From Pseudomonadota bacterium (lineage in GTDB: Bacteria > Pseudomonadota > Gammaproteobacteria > Burkholderiales > Burkholderiaceae_C): a stretch of DNA of 64,000 bases. This document shows, one piece after another, positions 18,829 to 29,271 of the stretch. The translations under genes and the position numbers were made by a program. Where the stretch lies: positions 15,291 through 79,290 of the forward strand of contig JBJOIR010000002.1 of the NCBI GenBank assembly GCA_046047055.1, read 5' to 3'. A model generated the notes under the pieces. That model ran no database searches. It was not told where the DNA came from and saw nothing but the letters and a program-made list of their open reading frames with translations. The stretch's first letter is position 1, and every line of letters begins with the position of its first letter.

Positions 18829-20321
18829 GCCGCACCATGACCACCTCTAACCTGCACAACATGAGCGTGGCCGAATTGGCCCATGCTCTTCAAGCCAAAC
18901 AAGTGAGCGCCGTCGAAGTGGCCACCGACTTTTTGGCGCGTTTGGGCGGCAACCCGCACAACGCATTTCTGGACATCGACAGTGAAGTCACGCTGGCCCA
19001 GGCCCAAGCCAGCGACGCCCGCTTGCAAGCCGGCACAGCAGGCCCGCTGGAAGGCGTGCCCGTCGCGCACAAAGATGTGTTTGTGACGCGCGACTTCGCC
19101 ACCACAGCGGGCTCAAAAATCTTGAGCGGCTACCGTTCACCCTTCAACGCCACGCTGGTGCAAAAACTGGGTGCGTCTGAATTGGGCGGCGCGGGCATGG
19201 TCACGCTGGGCAAGCTCAACTGCGACGAATTTGCCATGGGCTCGGCCAACGAAAACTCGGCTTTTGGCAAAGTGACCAACCCCTGGGACACGGCCCGCGT
19301 ACCCGGCGGTTCATCGGGCGGCAGCGCCGCCGCTGTCGCTGCGCGTTTGGTGCCTGCGGCAACGGGCACCGACACCGGTGGCTCCATCCGCCAGCCCGCC
19401 AGCTTTTGCGGCATCACCGGCATCAAGCCCACCTATGGCCGCGCCAGCCGATACGGCATGATTGCTTATGCCTCCAGCCTCGATCAAGGCGGCCCCATGG
19501 CCCGCTCGGCCGAAGACTGCGCGCTGTTGCTCAGCGCCATGTGCGGCCCCGATTTGGACCGCGACTCAACCTCGCTGGATGTACCGGCAGAAGACTTCAC
19601 CCGCACATTGAATGGCTCGCTGGAAGGCCTGCGCATTGGCATCCCCCAAGAGTTTTTTGGCGAAGGCTTGGCGGCCGATGTGCGTGCTGCCGTCGATGGT
19701 GCGTTGCGCGAATACGAAAAGCTGGGTGCCAAGCTGGTGCCCATCAGCTTGCCGCGCACCGAGCTGTCGATTCCGGTCTACTACATCATTGCCCCCGCCG
19801 AAGCCAGCTCGAACCTGAGCAGATTTGACGGCGTGAAGTTTGGCCACCGTGCGAAAGATTTCACCGACTTGGTGGACATGTACAAAAAAACCCGTGCCGA
19901 AGGTTTTGGCAGCGAAGTCAAGCGCCGCATCATGACCGGGGCCTATGTGCTGAGCCATGGTTATTACGACGCTTATTACCTGCAAGCGCAAAAGATTCGC
20001 CGCATGATCGCCGACGATTTCCAAAACGCCTTCCAGCACTGCGATGTGATCGCCGGCCCAGTGGCCCCCAGCGTGGCCTGGAAGCTGGGCGAAAACGCCA
20101 ACGACCCGGTCGCCGATTACTTGGCCGACATCTTCACCCTGCCCGCTTCTTTGGCGGGTTTGCCTGGCATGAGCGTACCTGCTGGGTTTGGCGCAGGCGG
20201 CATGCCCGTGGGCCTGCAACTGATTGGCAACTATTTCAAGGAAGGCCAATTGCTGAACGCCGCACACCGCCTGCAACAAGCCACCGATTTCCACCTTCGC
20301 CAGCCGGAAGGGGCCAAATGA
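18825..20321 (+). CDS. gatA: Asp/Glu-tRNA amidotransferase subunit A
   Basis: Amidase signature [22 protein letters not shown]. Start could be ATG 18837. Confidence 0.97.
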   Translation: MSRTMTTSNLHNMSVAELAHALQAKQVSAVEVATDFLARLGGNPHNAFLDIDSEVTLAQAQASDARLQAGTAGPLEGVPVAHKDVFVTRDFATTAGSKILSGYRSPFNATLVQKLGASELGGAGMVTLGKLNCDEFAMGSANENSAFGKVTNPWDTARVPGGSSGGSAAAVAARLVPAATGTDTGGSIRQPASFCGITGIKPTYGRASRYGMIAYASSLDQGGPMARSAEDCALLLSAMCGPDLDRDSTSLDVPAEDFTRTLNGSLEGLRIGIPQEFFGEGLAADVRAAVDGALREYEKLGAKLVPISLPRTELSIPVYYIIAPAEASSNLSRFDGVKFGHRAKDFTDLVDMYKKTRAEGFGSEVKRRIMTGAYVLSHGYYDAYYLQAQKIRRMIADDFQNAFQHCDVIAGPVAPSVAWKLGENANDPVADYLADIFTLPASLAGLPGMSVPAGFGAGGMPVGLQLIGNYFKEGQLLNAAHRLQQATDFHLRQPEGAK

Positions 20322-20324
20322 TGT

Positions 20325-20402
20325 CCCCACGTTCATCACTTCGTGTATTCACCACCCCCCAGAGGGGTGCTGGGCTCCTTTGGCGCGGCCCGGCAGGAGC
20401 CC
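20325..20402 (+). repeat. Palindromic intergenic element between gatA and gatB
   Basis: CCCC-CAGA-GGGG hairpin, then an 8-bp perfect stem GGGCTCCT(20372-79)/AGGAGCCC(20395-402) around TTGGCGCGGCCCGGC. Confidence 0.6.
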
Positions 20403-20406
20403 AACC

Positions 20407-21861
20407 ATGAGCAAACTTGTCCAAGGTTATGAAGTCGTCATTGGCTTTGAGACCCACGCCCAACTCTCCACCCAAAGCAAAATTTTTAGCCGCGCTTCGG
20501 TGGCGTTTGGTGCAGAACCCAACACCCAAGCCTGCGCAGTGGACATGGCATTGCCCGGCACACTGCCCGTCATGAACACCGGCGCGGTTGAACGAGCCAT
20601 TGAATTTGGTTTGGCAGTCAACGCGCACATCGCTGAGCGCAGCATTTTTGCGCGCAAAAACTACTTCTACCCCGACTTGCCCAAGGGCTACCAAATCAGC
20701 CAGTTCGAGATTCCGGTGGTGCAAGGCGGCGAGGTCACTTTCTTCTTAGAAGAAGGGCAAGAAACAGTGCGCAAAACCGTTCGCTTAGAACGCGCCCACC
20801 TTGAAGAAGACGCGGGCAAATCTTTGCACGAAGACTTCATTGGCCAAAGCGGCATCGACTTGAACCGCGCGGGTACGCCATTGCTTGAGATCGTGACCCA
20901 GCCCGACATGCGCAGCAGCGCAGAAGCCGTGGCTTACGCCAAAGAGCTGCACAAAATTGTCACGTGGGTGGGCATTTGCGACGGCAACATGCAAGAAGGC
21001 AGTTTCCGTTGCGATGCCAACGTGTCGGTGCGCAAACCCGGCCAAGCGCTGGGCACGCGCCGCGAGATCAAAAACTTGAACAGCTTCAAGTTCATGCAGC
21101 AAGCCATCGACTTCGAGGTGCGCTGGCAAATTGAGCAACTCGAGGACGGTCTCAGCATCCAACAAGCCACGGTGCTGTTTGACCCTGACACGGGCGAAAC
21201 CCGCGCCATGCGGACCAAAGAAGATGCCGCCGATTACCGCTACTTCCCCGACCCCGACCTGCCACCGCTGGTGATTGGCCGTGACTGGGTAGAGCGCGTC
21301 AAAGGCGAGATGGCCGAGTTGCCACGGGTCATGGCTGAGCGCTTCATGCGCGACTATGCTTTGCCCGAATACGACGCCACTCAACTGACACAAAGCAAAG
21401 CGGTGGCGGCCTACTTTGAAGCCACGGCCAAAGCCTGTGGCCAAGCCAAGCTGGCCAGCAACTGGATCATGGTCGAGGTGTCACGCCGTTTGAACGCGGG
21501 TGAGTTGGCCATTGAGCAAGCGCCCGTGAGTGCCGCGCAATTGGCTGCCTTGATTGGCCGCATCAGCGACAACACCATCAGCAACAATGCGGCACGGCAA
21601 GTGTTTGATGGCCTGTGGAACGGTGAAGGCGAAGTTGACGCCATCATCGAAGCCAAAGGTCTGAAACAGATGAACGACGCCGGCGAGTTGGAAAAAATCA
21701 TCGACGAGGTGTTGGCCGCCAACCCGAAAAACGTGGAAGAGTTCAAGGCGGGCAATGCCAAAGCCCTGAACGGCTTGGTTGGCCCCATCATGAAAGCAAG
21801 CAAAGGCAAAGCCAATCCGGCCCAAGTGAATGCATTGCTCATGAAGAAGCTGGGCGCCTAA
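20407..21861 (+). CDS. gatB: Asp/Glu-tRNA amidotransferase subunit B
   Basis: [44 protein letters not shown]. Confidence 0.97.
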   Translation: MSKLVQGYEVVIGFETHAQLSTQSKIFSRASVAFGAEPNTQACAVDMALPGTLPVMNTGAVERAIEFGLAVNAHIAERSIFARKNYFYPDLPKGYQISQFEIPVVQGGEVTFFLEEGQETVRKTVRLERAHLEEDAGKSLHEDFIGQSGIDLNRAGTPLLEIVTQPDMRSSAEAVAYAKELHKIVTWVGICDGNMQEGSFRCDANVSVRKPGQALGTRREIKNLNSFKFMQQAIDFEVRWQIEQLEDGLSIQQATVLFDPDTGETRAMRTKEDAADYRYFPDPDLPPLVIGRDWVERVKGEMAELPRVMAERFMRDYALPEYDATQLTQSKAVAAYFEATAKACGQAKLASNWIMVEVSRRLNAGELAIEQAPVSAAQLAALIGRISDNTISNNAARQVFDGLWNGEGEVDAIIEAKGLKQMNDAGELEKIIDEVLAANPKNVEEFKAGNAKALNGLVGPIMKASKGKANPAQVNALLMKKLGA

Positions 21862-21906
21862 GCAGGCGCCAGCACGCAAGACTCAAACTAAACCACCCAT
21901 CTTCGC

Positions 21907-22060
21907 TTGATTTCTGGCATTGATGTGCGCTTGATTTGAGCTTGATTTGAGCTTGAGATAAGGCTCTGCTCTGTGCACTGTCCTGCGCTTTGTTCTGAGC
22001 TTTGTTCTTCGCAATATTTTCACGCTGCTCGCACTGTGGTTTGCGCTCTGATTCGGAAGC
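21907..22060. repeat. Degenerate 11-12 bp tandem repeat array between convergent gatB and FAH genes
   Basis: TTGATGTGCGC/TTGATTTGAGC/TTGATTTGAGC/TTGAGATAAGGC/TCTGCTCTGTGC/ACTGTCCTGCGC/TTTGTTCTGAGC/TTTGTTCTTCGC. Confidence 0.6.
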
Positions 22061-22179
22061 ACAAACGGCATTTGCGGCCTCTCCAGACAATGCCCTTGCC
22101 ACGGCTCAGGGTCTGTCAGCAGACAAGCAGCTCTGCAACATCAGCTGCAGAGCGTGGGTTCACCTGAAGTTCAGGTGAC

Positions 22180-23193
22180 TCATTCGCGGTTCAGAGGCAC
22201 CACTTCCTGCTCAATCGCGCCAAATAGGCTTTCGCCGTTCAAGCCCTTCATCTCGATGCGAATGGTGTCGCCAAACTTCATGAACTCGGTGCTGGGTTGG
22301 CCATCCAAAATGGTTTCGATGGCGCGTTTCTCCGCGATGCAGCTGTACCCTTTGGGCCACTCACGCTGGCCGTTGTGCTCGACGCTTTTGTTGCTCACCG
22401 TGCCACTGCCCACGATGGAGCCGGCCCGTACATTGCGGGTTTTGCAAATGTGAGCGATCAGTTGTCCAAAGTGAAACGTCATCTCAGGGCCAGCCTCGCA
22501 CATGCCTACTTTGCGACCGTTCCAGGTGGACTGCAGCGTCAGGTGCACGCGCCCACCTTGCCACGCCTCGCCCAACTCATCGGGCGTGACGGCAACCGGG
22601 CTGAAGGCCGTGGCGGGCTTGCTTTGAAAAAAGCCAAAGCCTTTGGCCAACTCATTGGGAATCAGGTTGCGCAGGCTCACATCGTTGGCCAGCATGATGA
22701 GGCGCACCCCTTCAATGGCTTCGTCGGCTTGGGTTTGCATCGGGACATCACCGGTGATGACCGCGATCTCGGCTTCAAAGTCGATGCCAAACTCTTCGCT
22801 GACGCAAACCACCGGGTCGCAAGGGCCGATAAAGTCATCACTGCCGCCTTGGTACATCAAGGGGTCGGTGTAAAAACTGCTGGGCACCTCGGAGCTGCGA
22901 GCGGCGCGCACCAACTCCACATGGTTCAAATAAGCCGAGCCGTCGGCCCACTGAAAAGCGCGGGGCAAGGGCGCCATGCAGCGCTCAGGGTCAAACGGAA
23001 ATGAGTGCCGGGCCTTGCCTTGGTTCAAGGTGGTGTACAGGTCTTCCAGCTGAGGCGCCATGAAGTTCCAGTCGTCCAACACTTGCTGCAGTCGGTTGGC
23101 GATGCCGGTCGCATAATGTGCCGTGCTCAGATCGCGCGAGACCACCACCAGTTGTCCGTCGCGTGAGCCGTCTTTGTAGGTCGCCAATTTCAT
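22180..23193 (-). CDS. Fumarylacetoacetate hydrolase-family protein
   Basis: MKLATYKDGSRDGQLVVVSRD, DFEAE, NDVSLR, FQSKP, GSGTVS. Confidence 0.9.
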   Translation of the reverse strand: MKLATYKDGSRDGQLVVVSRDLSTAHYATGIANRLQQVLDDWNFMAPQLEDLYTTLNQGKARHSFPFDPERCMAPLPRAFQWADGSAYLNHVELVRAARSSEVPSSFYTDPLMYQGGSDDFIGPCDPVVCVSEEFGIDFEAEIAVITGDVPMQTQADEAIEGVRLIMLANDVSLRNLIPNELAKGFGFFQSKPATAFSPVAVTPDELGEAWQGGRVHLTLQSTWNGRKVGMCEAGPEMTFHFGQLIAHICKTRNVRAGSIVGSGTVSNKSVEHNGQREWPKGYSCIAEKRAIETILDGQPSTEFMKFGDTIRIEMKGLNGESLFGAIEQEVVPLNRE

Positions 23194-23255
23194 GTGGAAT
23201 GTGTCCGTTCGGGTCGCAATGGGCTACAGTGTGCACCACCGAGAAGTTACGCATT

Positions 23256-23271
23256 GTTAAACCCGTTTAAC
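23256..23271. promoter_or_regulatory. Palindrome, putative IclR operator
   Basis: GTTAAAC-CC-GTTTAAC between the divergent FAH and IclR genes. Confidence 0.55.
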
Positions 23272-23296
23272 TAAACGAAACCGGATTTTAGGCGAT

Positions 23297-24124
23297 ATGG
23301 ACACCGACAGCACGGCCTCACACCCCAAAGACAGCGAACGAGAACGCGCCGGCATTCAGTCGGTAGAGGTCGGATTTGCGTTGCTGGACGTGCTGGCCCA
23401 AGCCCCTGCGCCATTGATGCTGCGCGATTTGGCCGCCGCCGCCCACATGAGCGCCGCCAAAGCCCACCGCTATCTGGTGAGCTTTCAGCGCTTGGGTCTG
23501 GTGCTGCAAGACAGCACCAGCACCCGCTATGAACTAGGGCCCGCCACTTTGCGCTTGGGTTTGGCCACGTTGTCGCGGCTCGATGCGGTGAAGATGGCGC
23601 GCGAGCGTTTGCCCGCCGTGATTGACGCGACGGGCCACACGATGGCGCTGGCCGTGTGGGGCAACCGAGGACCCACCTTGGTGCACTGGCAAGAAACGCC
23701 TTTGGCGATGCCGGTCAGCTTGCGGTTGGGCGATGTGATGCCTCTGTTGTCATCGGCCACCGGGCGCTGCTTTGCCGCCTTTGTCAGCCACGGTGGCGCG
23801 GCCGACAAAACAGCCCCCATGATCGAAGAAGAATTGGCACTGGCCCGCAAAGTGGGGCGCAGCGATTTGCCGAGCACGCCCACCCAACTCAAGGCCATGC
23901 TCAAGGAGACACGCCAGCAAGGTCTGGGGCGTGTCGTCAATGTGTTGCTGCCCGGCATTGCCGGGTTTTGTGCGCCCGTCTTTGATGCCGATGGGCATTT
24001 GGTATTGGGCGTGGTGGTGCTGGGTTCATCGGCCACACTCGACACCACTTGGGATGGCCCCATTGCCCAGCACTTGCGCCTATTTGCAGCTCAACTCTCC
24101 GCCGATTTGGGCTGGCGTGGCTGA
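23297..24124 (+). CDS. IclR-family transcriptional regulator
   Basis: GIQSVEVGFALL..AKAHRYLVS, SATGRCF, APVFDADG. Confidence 0.93.
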   Translation: MDTDSTASHPKDSERERAGIQSVEVGFALLDVLAQAPAPLMLRDLAAAAHMSAAKAHRYLVSFQRLGLVLQDSTSTRYELGPATLRLGLATLSRLDAVKMARERLPAVIDATGHTMALAVWGNRGPTLVHWQETPLAMPVSLRLGDVMPLLSSATGRCFAAFVSHGGAADKTAPMIEEELALARKVGRSDLPSTPTQLKAMLKETRQQGLGRVVNVLLPGIAGFCAPVFDADGHLVLGVVVLGSSATLDTTWDGPIAQHLRLFAAQLSADLGWRG

Positions 24125-25380
24125 TGCAATCGACCCTGGCCAACGCCCCGGCTGAGCTCACCCCTCTGAGGGCCGGGCCGCCTTCTCGCCGTACGTTAGG
24201 GTGGTTGATGTTGGGCGTGCTGCTGGTACACGGGGTTTTGCTGTTGGGCATGACCCGCCCACTGGACTTGCGTTTGCCGACCGATGGCACCCGCGCAACG
24301 GGCCCGATGCAAACACGCTTGTTAGCGGCCCCCGCTGCGCCTGCCGCTGTGCCTGTTCAACCCAAAATCTCGGCGCCGCGCACCCGCATTGCCGCTGAAG
24401 CTGCACCCAAACCCGCACCCACACCCACATCGACACCTACGGCGTCTAAAAATCTGCCATTGGACGAACCTGAAGTCAGCACTACAACGGCTGCCCAAAG
24501 CACCAGCGCAGACCCCAAGACAAGCCCTGCCCAAGAGCCCATGGCGGCCGAAGCACCCGCCAACACCACCCCCCCAAACGCCACCAACGCCGACTCCAAT
24601 ACCGCCAGCACCGCAGAAGCCTCAACAGCCAGCGCGATACCGCCTGCCCCCGTTGGTGCGTCACGCGACGCCTTCGTGTCGGCCACCACCACCTTGCCGC
24701 AGATTCCGTTGGGCGCCCTGCCGCCCTCCACCCTGATGAGCTACAGCATGACGGGCATGTCCAAGGGCCTCACTTATTACGCCCATGGTGAATTGCGCTG
24801 GCAGTTCAATGCCAACGCTTACGCCATGAGCCTGTCGGTCAAGGCCTTGTTTTTGGGCACCCGGCAATGGAAGAGCGTCGGCAATTTGAGTGCCTCTGGT
24901 CTCGCCCCAGTGCGCTTTTCAGACCATTGGCGCAGCGAGCGCGCCTCGCACTTTGACCGCGTAAACCAACGCGTGGTGTTCAGCAGCAACGCACCCACGG
25001 CTGCCCTTGAGCCCGGTGCACAAGACCAAATCAGTCTCTACCTGCAAATGGCCGCCGCCATGGCGGGCGACCCGCAGCGTTTTCAGCCCGGCACGCGGCT
25101 TCAAATTCAAACCGCCACACTGCGTGACGCATTGCCTTGGCTGTTGACGCTGGAGGCCCACGAAAACCTGAAACTGGAAAACCAAACTTTGGCTACCGTC
25201 AAATGGGTGTGTCAACCACGCAACCGTTTTGATGCCCAAGTGACCTTTTGGATGGCCGAAAAATACGCTTGGCTGCCCGTTCGTATCAAAATCACCCAGA
25301 CCAACGGCGATTACATTGACCTGTTGCTCAAGGGGCAAGAGTCGCTGCCCGCTTTGGCAGTGGCGGCAGCGGCCTCTTAG
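24124..25380 (+). CDS. DUF3108-domain protein with N-terminal TM anchor and long Pro/Ala/Thr linker
   Basis: TM (GVLLVHGVLL), low-complexity linker, C-domain GLAPVRF..GAQDQIS..WLPVRIKITQTNGD; ATG overlaps the IclR stop. Confidence 0.7.
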   Translation: MQSTLANAPAELTPLRAGPPSRRTLGWLMLGVLLVHGVLLLGMTRPLDLRLPTDGTRATGPMQTRLLAAPAAPAAVPVQPKISAPRTRIAAEAAPKPAPTPTSTPTASKNLPLDEPEVSTTTAAQSTSADPKTSPAQEPMAAEAPANTTPPNATNADSNTASTAEASTASAIPPAPVGASRDAFVSATTTLPQIPLGALPPSTLMSYSMTGMSKGLTYYAHGELRWQFNANAYAMSLSVKALFLGTRQWKSVGNLSASGLAPVRFSDHWRSERASHFDRVNQRVVFSSNAPTAALEPGAQDQISLYLQMAAAMAGDPQRFQPGTRLQIQTATLRDALPWLLTLEAHENLKLENQTLATVKWVCQPRNRFDAQVTFWMAEKYAWLPVRIKITQTNGDYIDLLLKGQESLPALAVAAAAS

Positions 25381-25451
25381 AAATCCTACTCCTCTTGAAG
25401 TTCATCCCCAAGGCGCCATCTATGACCCACAACTTGAGCGAGAATGAAGGC

Positions 25452-25733
25452 ATGAACCTGTTGTACGAATCTGAAACCTTTGCAGTGATGCATGTGCTGG
25501 CGAACGCGCCCGCCGAGACACCACCCGCCACCAGCCCACCCCTGCTGGAACGCCATGGTTTTGAAATCGTGGACAAACGCTCAGGCAAAGAGGTGTATCT
25601 GGACGGCTCTTGGGCTGAAATGTTCCAGCAACAAATTCAGGCTTGGCAATTGCATACGCCCACACAAGAAGAAGTCGAAGACACGCTGGAGGGTTACTCG
25701 GGCTTGGCCCAGCAACCCGTGGTGGTGCACTGA
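25452..25733 (+). CDS. DUF3567 (BTH_I0359) family protein
   Basis: MNLLYESETF, GFEIVDKRSGKEVYLDGSWAEMF, EEVEDTL..Y..LAQQPVVVH. Confidence 0.8.
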   Translation: MNLLYESETFAVMHVLANAPAETPPATSPPLLERHGFEIVDKRSGKEVYLDGSWAEMFQQQIQAWQLHTPTQEEVEDTLEGYSGLAQQPVVVH

Positions 25734-25790
25734 GCACCCCAAGCCTTTCGGCTCGGCATTGCGTCACACCTGCGTCCCCGCAGATCAAGT

Positions 25791-26903
25791 CTAGTGGGGG
25801 TGGCGCCCGCCGACCCACTTGAAAATCGGCCCCACCAAAATCAGCACCGCCACCAAACGGCACACCTGAAATGCCGTGACCACCGGCACCCCCAATTGCA
25901 ACACCTTGGCCGTGATCGCCATCTCGGCAATACCGCCAGGTGCGGTACCCAAGATCAAGGTCGCGGGGTGCAAATCTGTGGCCCACGCCAGCGTCCAACC
26001 AAAACCCACCGACAAACCCATCATGGCCAGCGTGCCTGCGGCGGCCGAGGCCAACCAACGCGGCGCGGTGTGTACAAACTCTCGCTGAAAGCGCACCCCC
26101 AAACTGACCCCAATGACCAGCTGAGCCGCATTAGACAAGCTGGTGGGGATGGCTGAGCCTTCAAAGCCCGACAGCGTCAGGCCCATGGAGGCCAGCAATG
26201 CGCCCATGAACCAAGGGTTGGTGCGCTTGAGCCACGTCATGGCCAACGCGCCGCCGGCCGTGGCCAGCGCCAACCACATCAGACCGGGCCAGTCTGCCGA
26301 GCGCGGGCCTGGCAACAATCGCGCGTCGACCTGCAAACCCCAATGGCTTTGAGCCCATTGCATGGCAAAGGGCACCGAGATCACCACCATCACCAATCGC
26401 ACACTGTGCGCGGCCGCCACCAAGTCGGTGCGGGCACCGTGGCGCTCGGCCAACAAGGTCATCTCCGAGGCGCCGCCAATGGCACTGGCAAAGTAACGGG
26501 TAGCACGCCAGGCTGAGGGCGGCAAATGCGCAAACTCGGCGGCATGCTGTCGGTGCAACCACCGATCAAACAACGTGCCCAAAGCCAAAGCCCACAGCAC
26601 GGCCAGCACAATCGCCCACCACAGGCTGGCCACAAACGCGCTGACTTGGGGCGTGAAGTACAAGCCCAATGCCGCCCCGATCACCCACTGACCCGCGTTG
26701 CGCAACCGTGTCGCGCTGCGGGTGGGTGCTCCCAACACAGAAGCCACGGCGGTGGCCAGCAAGGGCCCCAACATCCACGGAATGGGGGTCTGAAGCCACA
26801 CGCAAAGCTGGGCCGCCACCAGTGCCAACAGCAAGGTGGCGGCAGTGCGGCCCCACAACGTCAGTCGGCGTGCATGCTCATGCTCATGCGCATACTCAGG
26901 CAT
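25791..26903 (-). CDS. AbrB-family membrane protein (duplicated domain)
   Basis: PIPWMLGP, GQWVIG, GGASEM and APGGIAEM repeats. Confidence 0.85.
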   Translation of the reverse strand: MPEYAHEHEHARRLTLWGRTAATLLLALVAAQLCVWLQTPIPWMLGPLLATAVASVLGAPTRSATRLRNAGQWVIGAALGLYFTPQVSAFVASLWWAIVLAVLWALALGTLFDRWLHRQHAAEFAHLPPSAWRATRYFASAIGGASEMTLLAERHGARTDLVAAAHSVRLVMVVISVPFAMQWAQSHWGLQVDARLLPGPRSADWPGLMWLALATAGGALAMTWLKRTNPWFMGALLASMGLTLSGFEGSAIPTSLSNAAQLVIGVSLGVRFQREFVHTAPRWLASAAAGTLAMMGLSVGFGWTLAWATDLHPATLILGTAPGGIAEMAITAKVLQLGVPVVTAFQVCRLVAVLILVGPIFKWVGGRHPH

Positions 26904-28230
26904 GCCTGCGGATGCTGTCGGCCACCGTTTGCACAATTTGGTCGATGTGCGCGTCTTCAACAATGTACGGCGGGCAAATCACCAAGTTCTCGCCCGCTGG
27001 ACGCACCCACACGCCTTTGTGGAAACAGTCCATAAAGATGTCGTAGGCCCGCTTGCCGGGTGTGCCCGGGATGCTGGCCAATTCGACCGCACCGGCCAAG
27101 CCCAAAGTGCGAATGCCGATCACATTGGGCAAGCCTTTGAGGGCGCTGTGCATGGCGTCGCCCAACACGCGGCCTTTTTGGCCAGCGCGGGCAAACAGGT
27201 TTTCTTCCTTCAACAAATCAAGCGTGGCAATTGCGGCGGCGCAGGCGACAGGGTGACCGGAGTAGGTGTAGCCGTGAAAGAACTCGATGGCATGCGCGGG
27301 TGAATTGGCATTCATCATCGCGTCGTAAATGAAGTCACGGCAAATCACGCCTCCCAGCGGGATCACGCCGTTGGTCACCGCCTTGGCAAAGTTCAACATG
27401 TCGGGCACCACGCCGTAATAGTCGGCGCCAAAGTTCACACCCAAGCGGCCAAAGCCGGTGATGACCTCGTCAAAAATCAACAAGATGCCATGCTTGTCGC
27501 AAATCTCGCGCAAGCGCTTCACATAGCCTTGGGGCGGGATGTACCAACCCGCGCTGCCCGCAATGGGCTCGACGATCACGGCCGCGATGTTGCTGGGATC
27601 GTGCAACACCAAAATGCGGTTTTCCAATTCCAGCAAGGGGTCTTCGGCCCACACCGGCTCTTCGTGGTGAATGTAGGCATGGTTCACCGGGTCGTGGATG
27701 AACCGCATGTGGTCCACGCGCGGCAGCAATTGCGCACCGTACACCTTGCGGTTGGCGGGCAGACCGCCCACACTCATGCCGCCAAAGTTCACGCCGTGGT
27801 AACCCTTTTCTCGGCCAATGAACACGTTTCGGTGGCCTTCTCCGCGGGCGCGGTGGTAGGCCAGCGCCACTTTCAATGCGGTGTCGGCGGCCTCTGAGCC
27901 CGAGTTGCAAAACAGCACTTTATTGAGGTCGCCCGGGGCCATGTCGGCGATCATTTGCGCCGCTTTGAATGCCTTGTCGTTGCTGGCCTGAAAGGCCGTG
28001 GCGTAGTCCAGCGTGTCCAGTTGCTTTTTGATGGCCTCATTGATGGGCTTGCGGTTATGGCCCGCGCCCACGCACCACAGGCTGGAGATGCCATCGATGA
28101 CTTTTTTGCCATCGTGGGTGGTGAAATGCATGCCCTCGGCACCCACAAAAACGCGCGGATCTTGGCGGAAAGTGCGGTTGGGGGTGAAGGGCAACCACTG
28201 GTTGTCCATGTTGAGATCGGTGTGGGCCAT
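26896..28230 (-). CDS. Class III aminotransferase (omega-amino acid/beta-alanine:pyruvate type)
   Basis: WLPFTPNR, SLWC, NSGSEA, GYHG, FDEVITGFGR, AKAVTNG, HGYTYSGHP. Confidence 0.9.
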   Translation of the reverse strand: MAHTDLNMDNQWLPFTPNRTFRQDPRVFVGAEGMHFTTHDGKKVIDGISSLWCVGAGHNRKPINEAIKKQLDTLDYATAFQASNDKAFKAAQMIADMAPGDLNKVLFCNSGSEAADTALKVALAYHRARGEGHRNVFIGREKGYHGVNFGGMSVGGLPANRKVYGAQLLPRVDHMRFIHDPVNHAYIHHEEPVWAEDPLLELENRILVLHDPSNIAAVIVEPIAGSAGWYIPPQGYVKRLREICDKHGILLIFDEVITGFGRLGVNFGADYYGVVPDMLNFAKAVTNGVIPLGGVICRDFIYDAMMNANSPAHAIEFFHGYTYSGHPVACAAAIATLDLLKEENLFARAGQKGRVLGDAMHSALKGLPNVIGIRTLGLAGAVELASIPGTPGKRAYDIFMDCFHKGVWVRPAGENLVICPPYIVEDAHIDQIVQTVADSIRRHA

Positions 28231-28406
28231 AGCGGTAAATTCTCGAAATCGGTGAAGGCAATCAGTTTAAAGCCCCGAGCGGGCTTTTGCCGCACCGGCG
28301 CGACAGTCCGGGCGGGCCAGGCACCCCCGGGAGGGGTCTCTACAATAAGCCCTTCAACACCCCGGTGCCCCGCCTTGTATGGGCGCCCACTCAATTGCTT
28401 AGTGCC

Positions 28407-29255
28407 ATGACCACGACCTACATCCTGACGCTTTCTTGCCCCGACCGCACCGGCATCGTGCATGCTGTTTCGGGCTTTTTGTTGGAGCGTGGCGGCAACA
28501 TCGAAGAAGCCGCGCAATACAACGACCACGACACGGGCTTGTTTTTCATGCGAGTGCAGTTTGCCTGCGGTCAGGTGGATGGCGAAACACTGCAGGCGCA
28601 GTGGGGCACATTTGCCCAAACCTTCGAAATGAAGTGGGACCTGCACGCCACCACCCAACCCATGCGCACCGTGCTCATGGTCAGCAAAGAAGGCCATTGC
28701 CTGAACGATTTGCTGTTCCGCTGGAAGAGTGGCCTGTTGCCCTTGGACATTCGCGCCATCGTCAGCAACCACCGCGAGTTTTACCAATTGGCAGCCAGTT
28801 ACAACGTGCCGTTTCACCACATTCCGGTGACCGCGGCCACCAAAGCACAAGCCGAAGCCAAGCAGTACGAAATCATTCAGGCCGAAGGCGCCGAACTGGT
28901 GGTGCTGGCGCGTTACATGCAAATTCTCAGCGACGACCTTTGCCGTAAATTGGCGGGTCGGGCCATCAACATTCACCACAGCTTTTTGCCCAGCTTCAAA
29001 GGGGCCAAGCCCTACTACCAAGCGCATGACCGTGGCGTAAAACTGATTGGCGCCACCGCCCACTATGTGACAGCCGACTTGGACGAAGGCCCCATCATTG
29101 AGCAAGACGTGGCCCGCGTGGACCACAGCAAAACCGTTGAAGACCTGACCACCATTGGCCGCGACACCGAAAGCCAAGTGCTGGCGCGTGCCGTGAAATG
29201 GCACAGCGAACACCGCGTGCTGATCAACGGTCACAAGACCGTGATCTTCCGCTGA
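28407..29255 (+). CDS. purU: Formyltetrahydrofolate deformylase
   Basis: ACT domain CPDRTGIV, LARYMQ, INIHHSFLPSFKGAKPY, LDEGPIIEQ. Confidence 0.96.
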   Translation: MTTTYILTLSCPDRTGIVHAVSGFLLERGGNIEEAAQYNDHDTGLFFMRVQFACGQVDGETLQAQWGTFAQTFEMKWDLHATTQPMRTVLMVSKEGHCLNDLLFRWKSGLLPLDIRAIVSNHREFYQLAASYNVPFHHIPVTAATKAQAEAKQYEIIQAEGAELVVLARYMQILSDDLCRKLAGRAINIHHSFLPSFKGAKPYYQAHDRGVKLIGATAHYVTADLDEGPIIEQDVARVDHSKTVEDLTTIGRDTESQVLARAVKWHSEHRVLINGHKTVIFR

Positions 29256-29271
29256 ACCCACGCACGCCAAG

